From: Patescibacteria group bacterium
GTDB taxonomy: Bacteria > Patescibacteriota > Patescibacteriia > SG8-24
Length of the DNA stretch: 64,000 nt
Reading direction: 5' to 3'
NCBI GenBank assembly: GCA_041667185.1
Contig: JBAYFM010000009.1
Location: 351 to 64,350, forward strand
The notes below the pieces were generated by a model that was given only the letters and a program-made list of their open reading frames with translations, was not told the DNA's origin and did no database searches. Both the position numbers and the translations under genes were made by a program. This document shows, piece after piece, positions 9,463-19,348 of the stretch. The stretch's first letter is position 1. The number at the start of each line of letters is the position of its first letter.

Positions 9463-11352
9463 CTAGAACGGGTATTTCCCCTGTTCCGCCGCGGCGTCGC
9501 CGATGCGGCGCTTGAGCGCGACGAGATCGTCGAGAGGCGCCGCCGCCAGCAGATCCAGGACTCGCGCGACCTTGTTCTGCCGCTCGAGTCCGGAGCTGAG
9601 CGCTGAAAGAACGCGGACGCACTTGTCCGCCGCTTCCCGCTGCGCGTGGCAGAAGTAAGCGCGCACGACCGCTTCGGCGAGCTTCGCGTCGGCTCCGGCA
9701 GCCGCCAGCTTCTCGTACCGCAGCAGCGCCGATTCCATGGCGAAGACCGCGAGCAGCAGATCAGCCAGAGCGAACAGCAGCTGCTGCTCGTCCTTGAGCT
9801 TGGCCTGCAGCGTCATCATCGCCTCGCCGAGCGCGTAAAGCACGGCTGAGCGCACGGCGTCGAACGCCGGACGAAGCGCCTTCGGTCCGGGCTCGATGAC
9901 CTGGCGCGTCCTCGTGACCGAGAACGGCAGTTGATCGGCGGCGCGGCGAACAGCGAACTCCGCGAAGGAGCGCAGCTGCTTGGCCGTGGCCAAACCCTTG
10001 GCCAGAGTGCTCTTGCGTCCGCGCTTCACAGCCGCGGCCGCCTGGCCTTTGGCCGCGCCGACGAGATCGATCCGGCCCTGGAGATGGCGTTTGAGGACCT
10101 CGCCGACCGCGAGCATGCGGTTGATCTCGTTGGTACCCTCGAAGATGCGGTTGATGCGCGAGTCGCGGTACATGCGGGACGCCGGGTATTCCTCGACGTA
10201 ACCGTAGCCGCCGTAGACCTGCACCATCTCGTCGGCGACGTTGCCGAGCATCTCGGAGAGTCCCACTTTGACCAGCGAACACTCGACCGTGTACTCCTCG
10301 ATGGCCTTGGTCGCCTCTTCCGGCGTCTTGGCGCCATGGAGCCGGCTGGACAGGAGTCCGGCGGTGCGGAAAACCATGGACTCGCCGACCCAGCCCGCGA
10401 CCACCATGTCGGCGATCTTGGCCCGGATGCCGTCGAAGTCGAGCAGCGGCTTCCCGAACTGTTTGCGTTCGGAAGCGTACTGCACCGCGGAGTTCACGGA
10501 CGACTTGATGGCGCCGACCGCGCCCGCCCCGAGCTTGAACCGTCCGAGGTTCAGCGTGTTCAGGACGATCTTGTGGCCCTTGCCGATGGTCCCGAGCAGG
10601 TTCTCCGCCGGCACCAGCGCGTCCTCGAAGACGAGCCGGCAGGTGGACGAACCGCGGATGCCCATCTTGTGCTCTTCGCGATCGATGCTGAGACCCGGCG
10701 TCCCTTTCTCGATCACGAGACAGGCCATCTTGGCGTTGTCGCCGTCAATCTTCACGAAGACCGTGAAAATGTCAGCGATCTTCGCATTGGTGATGAAGAC
10801 CTTCTCGCCGTTCACGACGTAATGCTTGCCGTCGGGCGAGAGCACGGCCTTGCACTTGGCCGCCAAGGCATCGCTGCCGCTGCTCGACTCGGTAAGCGCG
10901 TAGGCGGCAATGAGACCGCCGGACACGATGCCCGGCAAAAAGCGGCGCTTCTGCTCTTCGTTGCCGAAGTACAGGATCGGCCAGGTGCCGATGCCGCTGT
11001 GCGCGCCCACGGCCGTGGCGTAGGAACCGCTCCCGCAGCCGCCGATGGCCTCGAGGACCAGCGCCGACGTCGTGAGATCCTGGCCGAGACCGCCGAATTC
11101 CTCCGGCAGATCCACGCCCAGCAGTCCGAGTTCGCCGGCCTGACGGATCAGGCCTGTGAGCAGCTCGTAGTCGTGCTCTTCGAGAGCCGCGACTTTCGGC
11201 GTCACTTCCTGTTTCATGAAGTCAGCCACGGCTTCGCCGATGCTGCGCTGTTCCTCGGAGAAATCCTCCGGCGTACAGACGCTCTGGCTGTCGTTGCGAT
11301 CGACCAAAAATGCCGCGCCGCGAACTTCTTTCTTGCTCTTGGTTTCGGTCAT
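9463..11352 (-). CDS. Acyl-CoA dehydrogenase (long FadE/VLCAD-like form)
   Basis: YALTESSSGSDA, NGEKVFITNA, EHKMGIRGSST, QVYGGYGY, RINRIFEGTNEINR. Confidence 0.92.
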   Translation of the reverse strand: MTETKSKKEVRGAAFLVDRNDSQSVCTPEDFSEEQRSIGEAVADFMKQEVTPKVAALEEHDYELLTGLIRQAGELGLLGVDLPEEFGGLGQDLTTSALVLEAIGGCGSGSYATAVGAHSGIGTWPILYFGNEEQKRRFLPGIVSGGLIAAYALTESSSGSDALAAKCKAVLSPDGKHYVVNGEKVFITNAKIADIFTVFVKIDGDNAKMACLVIEKGTPGLSIDREEHKMGIRGSSTCRLVFEDALVPAENLLGTIGKGHKIVLNTLNLGRFKLGAGAVGAIKSSVNSAVQYASERKQFGKPLLDFDGIRAKIADMVVAGWVGESMVFRTAGLLSSRLHGAKTPEEATKAIEEYTVECSLVKVGLSEMLGNVADEMVQVYGGYGYVEEYPASRMYRDSRINRIFEGTNEINRMLAVGEVLKRHLQGRIDLVGAAKGQAAAAVKRGRKSTLAKGLATAKQLRSFAEFAVRRAADQLPFSVTRTRQVIEPGPKALRPAFDAVRSAVLYALGEAMMTLQAKLKDEQQLLFALADLLLAVFAMESALLRYEKLAAAGADAKLAEAVVRAYFCHAQREAADKCVRVLSALSSGLERQNKVARVLDLLAAAPLDDLVALKRRIGDAAAEQGKYPF

Positions 11353-11379
11353 GCGTCACTCCGCGTATGTGGTGGGGAA

Positions 11380-11427
11380 TGTGAAAGAACTCACATGGTC
11401 CTTACCATATATATGGCTAACCGTCAA
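11380..11427 (-). promoter_or_regulatory. Sigma70-like promoter plus boxA-like motif
   Basis: TTGACG-N17-TAAGGA then AGTTCTTTCACA. Confidence 0.55.
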
Positions 11428-11563
11428 TCTCGGCGGCAACCGGCCAAGATTGCCTGAGCTGAGCTTATTTTCGCCCCGGCCCAGACGTTTTTGACGTTAA
11501 TCAACGCTTGTGTTTAGATAGCCCCGTGTCCTTTACAATCAAACAAGAACACGGGAGGTTCCG

Positions 11564-14017
11564 ATGTCATCTGCAACCCGTACCAAACTGGCTGTACCGG
11601 CGGAAAAGCTCCGTCTGACCTGCGCTCCTGTGGCCACTGACGCCGCTGCCGATCAGAGCAAGACCGTCGTCCAGAAGGACGCCCTCGCCTCGATCGAGCT
11701 CGGCCTCAAGATGTCCGACAGCGACTACTCGAAGAGCCACTACAACGTCATCGTGGTCGGCTCGCCGAACACCGGCCGCCGCGCCAAGACGCTGGATTTC
11801 CTCCGGCAGTACATGGCCGGCATCGACGCCGCGCCGCCGGATCTCGTCTGCTTGTACGATTTCGCCACGCCGCGCCGCCCGGCCATCATTTCCGTGCCGA
11901 ACGGCAAAGGCCGCGAATTCAAGAAGCGCCTCCAGGCGCTCGGTAAGTACGCGACCAAGATCATGCCGCAGCGCGTGCAGGAGGTCGGTCAACAACACCT
12001 CACGGCACTCTCGGAAGCGCTCACCCAGCTCTGGGAAGAGGCCGACAAGAAGGTCCAGGCCTGCCACCACCTGATCATCATCCACGAAAAGAAGCGCCAC
12101 CTCACGCTCATGTCGCTCGCCCATCCCGGCGAACCCCTCAGCGAGGAAGAGTTCAACGCACTCGATGAAGACATCAGGGCGCAGCTGACCAACGGCGAGA
12201 ACTCCCTGAAGGCGGAAACGATCTTCGAACTGACCAGCCTGCAATCCAGGGAACTCGTCGATCTCCGCCTCGCGGCCAAAAGCAAGGCCGAGCACGACGT
12301 CATCCAGGAGATCCTGGACAAACAAGTCGCCATCCTGAACGGCATCGTCGGCGAGAACGCGGTCTTCAGCCGCTATCTCGATGAGCTCAGCAAAATGATC
12401 TTCCAGCATGCCCTCAAGGAACCGGAAGACAAGCCGCAGCAGAGCTCGATCATGAAGCTCATGAACCGCGACAGCCAGGATGACGGATCGAAATCTCTCG
12501 AGCTGCTCACGCAAGTGAGCCTGCTCGCCGACAACTCCGAGAACGCGCACCCGCCCGTCGTCCACGTGGCGGTGCCGCAATACTCGGAATTGTTCGGCCG
12601 GATCAACGCGCAGATGGTCGGCCAGGACTCGGTCCGGGTCAACCACACGATGATCGACGGCGGCGCATTCCTGAAAGCGAACGGCGGCTGCCTGGTGCTG
12701 GATCTCGATGATCTCTTGCGCTGGGGCGGCGGCATCGCTTTCTACAAGCTGCTCAAGGTCATCCGGACGCGAGCGCTCGCGATCGAGAGCAAAGGCAAGT
12801 TCATGGACTCCGAGACGCTCGTCGACTTCCGCACTCAGGAGACGCCGGTCAACGTCCGGGTCGTGGCTATCTGCAGCCACTACCTGGCCCACGCCCTGCG
12901 CCACCACGAGCCGGAATTCGACAACCTGTTCCGCATCGTCGCCGAATTCGACGACGAGCTGAACGTGGCTGACGCCCCGGCGGCCTACGCCGCTTTCGTC
13001 GAACTGTGCCGCGAAGACGGCCAACTGCCGGAGTTCGCTCCGACGGCCGTGGCCAAACTCGTGGAGTACGGCTGCCGCCGCGCGGCGAGCCAGCTCAAGG
13101 CCTCGACCGAATTCGGCATCATCAAAGACGTCATCACCGAAGCGGCCCATTGGGCCCGCGAGGCCGGTGTCTCCGCGGTCGAAGCCGAGCATGTCCAGCA
13201 TGCCATCGCTGAGCGGTACGACCGTCAGGCGCTCTACGTTCGCCGCTACCAGGACCATATGGATCGCGGCGTGATGCTCCTGCAGCTCGAAGGCTCCCAG
13301 GTCGGCCAGATCAACGGTCTGGTCTACGGCGCCATCAACTCCGAAATCGCCTTCGGCGGCCCCAAGCGGATCACCGCCCGGGCCTACGCCGGCAAGGAGA
13401 AGATCGTGCTCGTCCAGCGGGAAGCTGACCTCAGCGGACCGTCGACAAACACCGCCACGGCCACGATCCGCGGCTACATCTCCGGCCAGTACGGCCGCAA
13501 GAAGCCGCTCGGACTCGCGGTCCAGATCAGCTTCGAGCAGTGCTATGGCGGCGTGGATGGCGATTCCGCCACTCTCGCCGAAACCATCGCGCTCATCTCG
13601 GCCATCACCGAGCTCCCGATCGACCAGAGATTGGCCATCACGGGTTCCATGAACCAGTGGGGCGAAGCTCAGCCGATCGGCGGCGCCAACGAGAAGATCG
13701 AAGGCCACTTCGGTGTTCTCAAGCGCCGCGGCCTGCTCAAAGCCGGACACGGCGTGGTCCTGCCGAAGCAGAACCTCGACGATCTCATGCTCAAAGAAGA
13801 GCTCGTCGAAGCCCAGCGGCAAGGCCTCTACCAGGTCTATGCCGTCTCAACCCTCGATGAAGCGCTGGAGATCTTCCTCGGCCGTCCGGCCGCGGAGATC
13901 CACAAGCTCGTCGAAGAGAAACTCGCCGGTCTGAACGGCGAGGATAAGGGACCGCTCACGTTCTTCCGCAAGCTGTTCCGCCGGAACCAGAAACCCGGCG
14001 TGCCCAGCAATAGCTGA
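11564..14017 (+). CDS. Lon-like S16 protease (AAA_32 + Lon_C, LonC type)
   Basis: GVDGDSAT (Ser), IGGANEKIEG (Lys), AITGSMNQWG; degenerate Walker A GSPNTGRR; SD GGAGG. Confidence 0.9.
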   Translation: MSSATRTKLAVPAEKLRLTCAPVATDAAADQSKTVVQKDALASIELGLKMSDSDYSKSHYNVIVVGSPNTGRRAKTLDFLRQYMAGIDAAPPDLVCLYDFATPRRPAIISVPNGKGREFKKRLQALGKYATKIMPQRVQEVGQQHLTALSEALTQLWEEADKKVQACHHLIIIHEKKRHLTLMSLAHPGEPLSEEEFNALDEDIRAQLTNGENSLKAETIFELTSLQSRELVDLRLAAKSKAEHDVIQEILDKQVAILNGIVGENAVFSRYLDELSKMIFQHALKEPEDKPQQSSIMKLMNRDSQDDGSKSLELLTQVSLLADNSENAHPPVVHVAVPQYSELFGRINAQMVGQDSVRVNHTMIDGGAFLKANGGCLVLDLDDLLRWGGGIAFYKLLKVIRTRALAIESKGKFMDSETLVDFRTQETPVNVRVVAICSHYLAHALRHHEPEFDNLFRIVAEFDDELNVADAPAAYAAFVELCREDGQLPEFAPTAVAKLVEYGCRRAASQLKASTEFGIIKDVITEAAHWAREAGVSAVEAEHVQHAIAERYDRQALYVRRYQDHMDRGVMLLQLEGSQVGQINGLVYGAINSEIAFGGPKRITARAYAGKEKIVLVQREADLSGPSTNTATATIRGYISGQYGRKKPLGLAVQISFEQCYGGVDGDSATLAETIALISAITELPIDQRLAITGSMNQWGEAQPIGGANEKIEGHFGVLKRRGLLKAGHGVVLPKQNLDDLMLKEELVEAQRQGLYQVYAVSTLDEALEIFLGRPAAEIHKLVEEKLAGLNGEDKGPLTFFRKLFRRNQKPGVPSNS

Positions 14018-14134
14018 CCCTTCCGCAGCCGTCTCCGACGACTCGGCCAGGAATACGCTAAAATATGATCTCATAAACTCCAGACGCAAGTCTGGAGTTT
14101 TTCTTTTGGCACCACAAAAAATACGGAAAAAACG

Positions 14135-14185
14135 CTCCCGCACTTCAGCACTCCAGCACTCCTCCACTTCCACCCCCCACCCCCT
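14135..14185. repeat. CACTCCAG-type octamer array
   Basis: CTCCCGCACTTCAGCACTCCAGCACTCCTCCACTTCC. Confidence 0.7.
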
Positions 14186-14225
14186 TGTATTTCCGTGCAG
14201 GTGGCGTAAATATACAAGCGGACAT

Positions 14226-14238
14226 TGCTCTTTCAAAA
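14226..14238 (+). promoter_or_regulatory. boxA-like element
   Basis: TGCTCTTTCAAAA directly before SD GAGGT of the GH57 gene. Confidence 0.6.
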
Positions 14239-14249
14239 CGAGGTGCCAA

Positions 14250-15401
14250 ATGGCTTCTCCCATCAAAGTCGGCTTGCTGCTGCATTTCTACCAACCCTGG
14301 TGGCAGTTTCCGCACGTACTTTCGAAGATCGTGGACGAATGTTATCGCCCGATCTTCAGCTGGCTCGATCATCAGCCGCGTTTCGCCCTGAGCGCCAACA
14401 TCAACTGGTCGCTTCTGGAACTGCTCCGGCGCCACGGCCACGACGACATCATCGCCCTCATGCGACGCTGCGTCAGCGAAGGTAAGATCGAACTCTTCGG
14501 AACCGCGGCCCATCATCCGATCATGCCGCTCATCTCGGAAACCGAAGCGGCCCGCCAGATCGAACGCGACCATCAAGGCAAGAACTCGGTCGGACTGCCC
14601 CAAAGTTCCTGCGGCGGTTTCTACCTGCCGGAATACGCCTACTCCCGCGACGTCGTGCCGCCGCTCCGCGATGCCGGCTACGTCTACACGATCGCCGACG
14701 ACGCCGCTTACGCCGCCCAACACGCTTCGGTCCCCTTCGACCACGTGCCCCGGGTCGGCGGCCTCGGCATCTTCCTGCGCTCGCGGCAGTGGGGCAACGC
14801 CCTGGCCCACGGCCAGTACGACTTCGATCGGCTGAACAAGGACTTCACCCGCGATATCGGTCGCTGGTTCGCCGGCCGTCTCGGCTATGTCGTTCTCGCC
14901 ACTGACGCCGAAACTTTCGGCCACCACCACAAGAAGCTGATTGACTGGCTCCTCAAGCCGATGGTCGAGAACTGGACCGGTCCCCGCTCGCCGGCGGAGA
15001 TCCTGCCCTTCGAACGCCTCTGGACGATGTTCGGCCACGGCTCGCCGGATTCCGTCGTGCCGCCGAGCAGCTGGTCGACCGAGCCCCGCGACTTCGTCAC
15101 CGGCAACCACTTCCCGCTCTGGAAGTCGCCGGACAACATCTACCATCAGGCGCTCTGGAAGCTCGTGGACATCGCCCGCCGCTTCGGAGCCGTTGCCGAA
15201 CTCGACAACGACGTCCAGAAGGCGCTGTCCAGCTGCTGCTGGTGGCAAGTCTCCGGCCGCCCGTACTTCAATCCGCAGCTGATGATGTACGGAGCCCGCA
15301 AAGCGCTCGAGATCATCGATCGCTCCGCGGACGACAAGGCCAGACAAGAAGGCCACAAGGCTTTCGAACATCTCGTGAACCTGCCGGGCATCAACCGGTA
15401 G
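14250..15401 (+). CDS. Glycoside hydrolase family 57
   Basis: HFYQP, HHPIMPL, LPEYAY (nucleophile Glu), TDAETFGHH (acid/base Asp); start at MASPIK. Confidence 0.88.
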   Translation: MASPIKVGLLLHFYQPWWQFPHVLSKIVDECYRPIFSWLDHQPRFALSANINWSLLELLRRHGHDDIIALMRRCVSEGKIELFGTAAHHPIMPLISETEAARQIERDHQGKNSVGLPQSSCGGFYLPEYAYSRDVVPPLRDAGYVYTIADDAAYAAQHASVPFDHVPRVGGLGIFLRSRQWGNALAHGQYDFDRLNKDFTRDIGRWFAGRLGYVVLATDAETFGHHHKKLIDWLLKPMVENWTGPRSPAEILPFERLWTMFGHGSPDSVVPPSSWSTEPRDFVTGNHFPLWKSPDNIYHQALWKLVDIARRFGAVAELDNDVQKALSSCCWWQVSGRPYFNPQLMMYGARKALEIIDRSADDKARQEGHKAFEHLVNLPGINR

Positions 15402-15412
15402 CGGACAACTTC

Positions 15413-15444
15413 AAAACCCCTCCAACCGGAGGGGTTTTATTTTT
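15413..15444 (+). terminator. Bidirectional terminator
   Basis: AAAACCCCTCC-AACC-GGAGGGGTTTT between convergent genes. Confidence 0.8.
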
Positions 15445-15463
15445 ATCCCGCCGCCGGAGCCGA

Positions 15464-18142
15464 CTAATGACCGGCCAAGCGGATCTGTTCCACGACCGCC
15501 AGCAATTCCGACGGCGCGTAATGTTGTTCCGACACCTCGTGATCGGCGAGTTCTCCAATCTTCCGCGTGAGCACCGCGGCGCGCGCCGCCCGATGGGCTG
15601 CTTCAGGGCCGGCGACGACGATCTCCTCGTCCGCGACCTCAGCGCCGGGATCAGCGAACCGGATCAGGAACCCGTGGGACAGGAGCGCAATCGCCACCAT
15701 CTCTTTCCAGGGCGAAGTCAGGCCCGTGACCGCGACGCGGCCGCGCGTCGGCGGAAAAGACTTGTTCTCCAAAGCCAACTCGATCTTACGCAGATTGGTC
15801 GTCGAACCAGCCTCCTTGTAGAACGTCAGCAGGGCGGCCAGGCATTCCTTGGGGATATCGCACAGCCGGACCCGCAGCGGTTCGCTCACCGGCAGGCTGG
15901 GCGGATAATGCAGGTGGTGTTCATGAATGAGCGCCGCGACCGTCTCGCGCTGTTTGGCCGGAACGCCCTCGTGGTCGCGGAGCCGCTCCACCTCGCGAGC
16001 CAGACCGCGATCGCCGGTGGCAAGCACCGCGTCGAGTTCGCTCGCGCCGGATTCGTCGCCCATCTTCAGAAGCGCGATCGCCGCCGCCAGACGGATGACG
16101 GCCGAAGCCGAATTCAGCGCCTCCTGGAGCAGTGCTTGCTGATCGCGCAGCCGCAGATGGCCCACGAGATACAGGCCCTGGCGATACGCCGCCGCATCCT
16201 CGGGCTTGGCCAGAAGCTCAACGATCGTGTCAGACAAGGCCTGGCGCTCCCAGGTGAACTGCCACAGCGCGGCGACCGCCTGGGCGCGCAGGTCAGGCTC
16301 AGCGCTCGCAAGGAACGGCCTGACGAAATCAATGACCGCCGGATCATGGAAAAGGCGCAGCGAACGCAGGGCGCTGTGCGCCAGCTCCGGCGAGCCGCTC
16401 TTCAGGGAATCAATGATGAGCGGAATGATGTTCGGATCGCGCAGGGCCACGAGCGCGTCAAGAATATCGTTCACGATCTCCGAAACCGCTTCTTGGCGGA
16501 AAGCCTCCCGCAGCCTGGCGATGAGCGTATGCCGGGAGAAGCCACTCTCGTAAAGCCGGTCAGAGGCGTATTTGAACGCGGCCGCGGTCCGGATGGCCTC
16601 GCGCCGGAGCGCGCGGCGCGGATGATTGAATTGTTTCCCGACGACGCGCAGACAGGACGGATCCTGGATGGCCGCCGCGGTCCGGAGCGCCGCGACGCGG
16701 AGCGCGACCGGTTCGGCCTGATCCTGGATGATACTGATGATCGGCGCCAAACAGCCGCCGCTGAGATGCCGGCACTCGGTCAGCGATTCCATCGCCCGGA
16801 GCCGGGTCGCATAGTCGCTGCCGCGCAGCCGCGCGATGAGGATCTCCGGATAACGCCGCCGGATATCCATGATCGCGGCGAAACGGATGAGCAACAAGCA
16901 GACCGCGATAGCGCTGAGCACCCTGATCGCGAACATGGGTTCGGATTCGGGCACGAACCAGCCGAGGGCAATGAGCAGGAAGCTGCCGGCGAGTCCGCCG
17001 ACGGTCGCGACCGGACCGTCGAGCCACGACAGGATGGCGTCGCGCTGGCGATCACTCACGCCGCCGAAGATCTGCTGCATGGAGTGGCCCTGAAGCGGAT
17101 AGACGATGTCGCGCAGGAAATTCACGGCGACGACGACCGGAAAAACCGGCGTCAGGAGCAGCAGGAACGAGCCGAGAAAAGTTATCGCCGGCGAGGTCAG
17201 CAGGTTGCCGGTCGCGCCGACGCGCTTGAAAAGCTGGTGCGAGATCAGGTTGATGAAGACGAGCGAGACGACGTTCAGGATGACCATGTAACGCCCGAGG
17301 AAAGCGTTGAGTTCCGGCTCCGTCAGGTAGCGGGTGTTGGCGGCCACGGCGAACATGTAACTGAAGATCCTCGTGAACAGCATGGATAGCACGGCCAGGA
17401 TCGCGAAGATCAGGACGAAGCGCTGCAGGTCGCGGTCGCCGAGACGCGCAAGCCAGCCGCGGCCGCCGCTCGCGCGATCATCCGCGGGCTCCGGCGGCAG
17501 CGCCGCGAAAAGCGAGCTCTTTCTGGCGAGTTTCATCTGCCGGAAACTGAACACCAGGCCCAGGCCGAGAAAGAACGACACGATGAGGAACAGCGCGGCT
17601 GGCGGCAGGAGTTCGCTGAGTCCGGCGAGGATCGCGCCGGCCGCGATACTGCTCACGGTGTCCACGCTCGAAAGCAACGGCTGGAAACGGCGCATCTGCT
17701 CCAGATTGAAAGCTTGCGCTGTCACGACGCCCTGCTTGACCGAGGCGGTGATGACGCCAGCGGAATTCACGACCAGGCCGACGCCTACGAAGACCAGGGC
17801 CGCGAGCGGCTCCGAGGTCTTTTCCACGAACCCTTCACCGACTGCCAGGAGGATCGAACCGGCGAACGCAAAAGCGAAAAAAATACTGACCTGGGTGAAA
17901 GGACGCAGCTGACGCAGGGGTCCGAGAGCCAGCCACGAACCGATGAAAATGGCCACCGAACTCATGATGAAAAAGATCGGCAGATATTCCACCCCGGCGC
18001 GCTTGATGAGGAAGGCCTCGAGAAGCGTCCAGAGGGTCAGGTTGGCGGCGGTGAGAATGAAAGTATTGCCGGCGAAAAGCGTTATCCAGGGCCTTTCAGC
18101 GGTCTCGATGCGGAATTGATCGCGGAAACGGAATAGGCGCAC
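15464..18142 (-). CDS. NTT/TLC-like (MFS-fold) transporter fused to HEAT repeats
   Basis: About 12 TM helices in the first ~430 aa with FLIKRAGVEYLP; C-terminal helical repeats (LRVAALR, LRREAIR, LRAQAVAAL, IRLAAAIAL). Confidence 0.7.
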   Translation of the reverse strand: MRLFRFRDQFRIETAERPWITLFAGNTFILTAANLTLWTLLEAFLIKRAGVEYLPIFFIMSSVAIFIGSWLALGPLRQLRPFTQVSIFFAFAFAGSILLAVGEGFVEKTSEPLAALVFVGVGLVVNSAGVITASVKQGVVTAQAFNLEQMRRFQPLLSSVDTVSSIAAGAILAGLSELLPPAALFLIVSFFLGLGLVFSFRQMKLARKSSLFAALPPEPADDRASGGRGWLARLGDRDLQRFVLIFAILAVLSMLFTRIFSYMFAVAANTRYLTEPELNAFLGRYMVILNVVSLVFINLISHQLFKRVGATGNLLTSPAITFLGSFLLLLTPVFPVVVAVNFLRDIVYPLQGHSMQQIFGGVSDRQRDAILSWLDGPVATVGGLAGSFLLIALGWFVPESEPMFAIRVLSAIAVCLLLIRFAAIMDIRRRYPEILIARLRGSDYATRLRAMESLTECRHLSGGCLAPIISIIQDQAEPVALRVAALRTAAAIQDPSCLRVVGKQFNHPRRALRREAIRTAAAFKYASDRLYESGFSRHTLIARLREAFRQEAVSEIVNDILDALVALRDPNIIPLIIDSLKSGSPELAHSALRSLRLFHDPAVIDFVRPFLASAEPDLRAQAVAALWQFTWERQALSDTIVELLAKPEDAAAYRQGLYLVGHLRLRDQQALLQEALNSASAVIRLAAAIALLKMGDESGASELDAVLATGDRGLAREVERLRDHEGVPAKQRETVAALIHEHHLHYPPSLPVSEPLRVRLCDIPKECLAALLTFYKEAGSTTNLRKIELALENKSFPPTRGRVAVTGLTSPWKEMVAIALLSHGFLIRFADPGAEVADEEIVVAGPEAAHRAARAAVLTRKIGELADHEVSEQHYAPSELLAVVEQIRLAGH

Positions 18143-18189
18143 AAATCTCGGAGGTCAGGTATTATCCGTGTATTTTAGCATATTTTGAA

Positions 18190-18311
18190 GGGAGTGCGGG
18201 AGTTTGGGAGAGACGGAGTCAGGGAGTGCGGGAGTTTGTGTCGGGTCTCCCCGACTCCAGCACTCCAGCACTTCTGTACTTCTGTACCCCCGCACTCTCC
18301 GTTCATCGGAT
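18190..18311. repeat. Octamer inverted array, left copy of a direct repeat
   Basis: Near-identical to 19187-19278. Confidence 0.9.
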
Positions 18312-18391
18312 CAGGGAACGACGTGGCGGGGTCAAAAAGAAAAGCGCCGGGCCGCGAGTATGCGGTCCGGTGCTGAGGTGTGGCGATAGCG

Positions 18392-19048
18392 TCAGATCTT
18401 GGAACTGGTGTGGTTTTGTTTGTCTGCGGCCAGGAGCCAGCGGCCAAGATGCCGCCAGATGCCGGAGCGTGCCAGCGTGACCAAGCCGTAGACTAAGCTG
18501 ACGATCAGGCTGGCGAGCAGACCGTAGACTAGGCCATAGACCAAGCCCGGGACTAAACCGTAGACCAAACCTAGGCCTAGGCCGTAGACCAGACAACTAG
18601 CCATACTGGCGAACAGACCGACGAATAAGCCGACGTTCAGGCTGACGATCAGGCCGCAGGCCAGACCGGCGACCAGACCGACGAGTGGTTCGATGAAGAT
18701 TAGGTCGTAATCCTGGCCGTAGAGCTGGTTGAGGACCTCGGTGATGGGCAGGTTGATGAACAAGCCGCAGAACAGACCGAAGAGTAAGCCAATAATCAGA
18801 ATGCGTCGAACACGCTCATCTTCGATGAATCGAGAAGTCATCGCCAGCACGATGAGAGCGGCCCAGATGGCCGCCATCGGCACATCCCACCAGCGAGAGA
18901 TGGCAAAAGGCAACTTCAGCACCCCGCCATCGACGATCGCAGGCACCGAACCGGTGCGCCAGTAGCAGATCGTCCAGACAGCGGCGGCCAGACTCGCGGC
19001 CACAAGGGCCAACCTGGAAATCAAGGTCAGTCTTCTCTCTGAAGTCAT
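18392..19048 (-). CDS. Hypothetical membrane protein with GLVxGL repeats
   Basis: Hydrophobic, glycine-zipper-like repeats; SD AAAGGAG before MTSERR. Confidence 0.75.
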   Translation of the reverse strand: MTSERRLTLISRLALVAASLAAAVWTICYWRTGSVPAIVDGGVLKLPFAISRWWDVPMAAIWAALIVLAMTSRFIEDERVRRILIIGLLFGLFCGLFINLPITEVLNQLYGQDYDLIFIEPLVGLVAGLACGLIVSLNVGLFVGLFASMASCLVYGLGLGLVYGLVPGLVYGLVYGLLASLIVSLVYGLVTLARSGIWRHLGRWLLAADKQNHTSSKI

Positions 19049-19140
19049 TTGGCGCTCCTTTGTCATTTGGGAAAGATCGGACAGCGCGAAAGATGCGAGC
19101 CATCATTTCTTATCATTACCATGCTATTTGGTCAATCATC

Positions 19141-19278
19141 AGAGTTCGGGAGTGTGGGAGAGACGGAGTCAGGGAGTTCGGGAGTGTGGGAGAGACGGAG
19201 TCAGGGAGTGCTGGAGTTTGTGTCGGGTCTCCCCGACTCCAGCACTCCAGCACTCCAGCACTCTCCGTTCATCGGATA
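19141..19278. repeat. Octamer inverted array, right copy of a direct repeat
   Basis: GGGAGAGACGGAGTCAGGGAGTGCTGGAGTTTGTGTCGGGTCTCCCCGACTCCAGCACTCCAGCAC. Confidence 0.9.
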
Positions 19279-19348
19279 CGGAGTCATTACTAAAACCCGG
19301 CCTTGCTGCGGCCGGGCTTTCATCTGATTAAGCGACTGACGATCACCG

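Noticed and set aside
11567-13822. Long antisense ORFs (also 6900-8573, 9931-11457, 15242-17389, 40302-41816, 59048-60796)
   Set aside because: Shadow frames of high-GC3 genes on the opposite strand with no motifs
18190-19278. Integron attC sites
   Set aside because: No RYYYAAC/GTTRRRY boundaries and no integron integrase in the window
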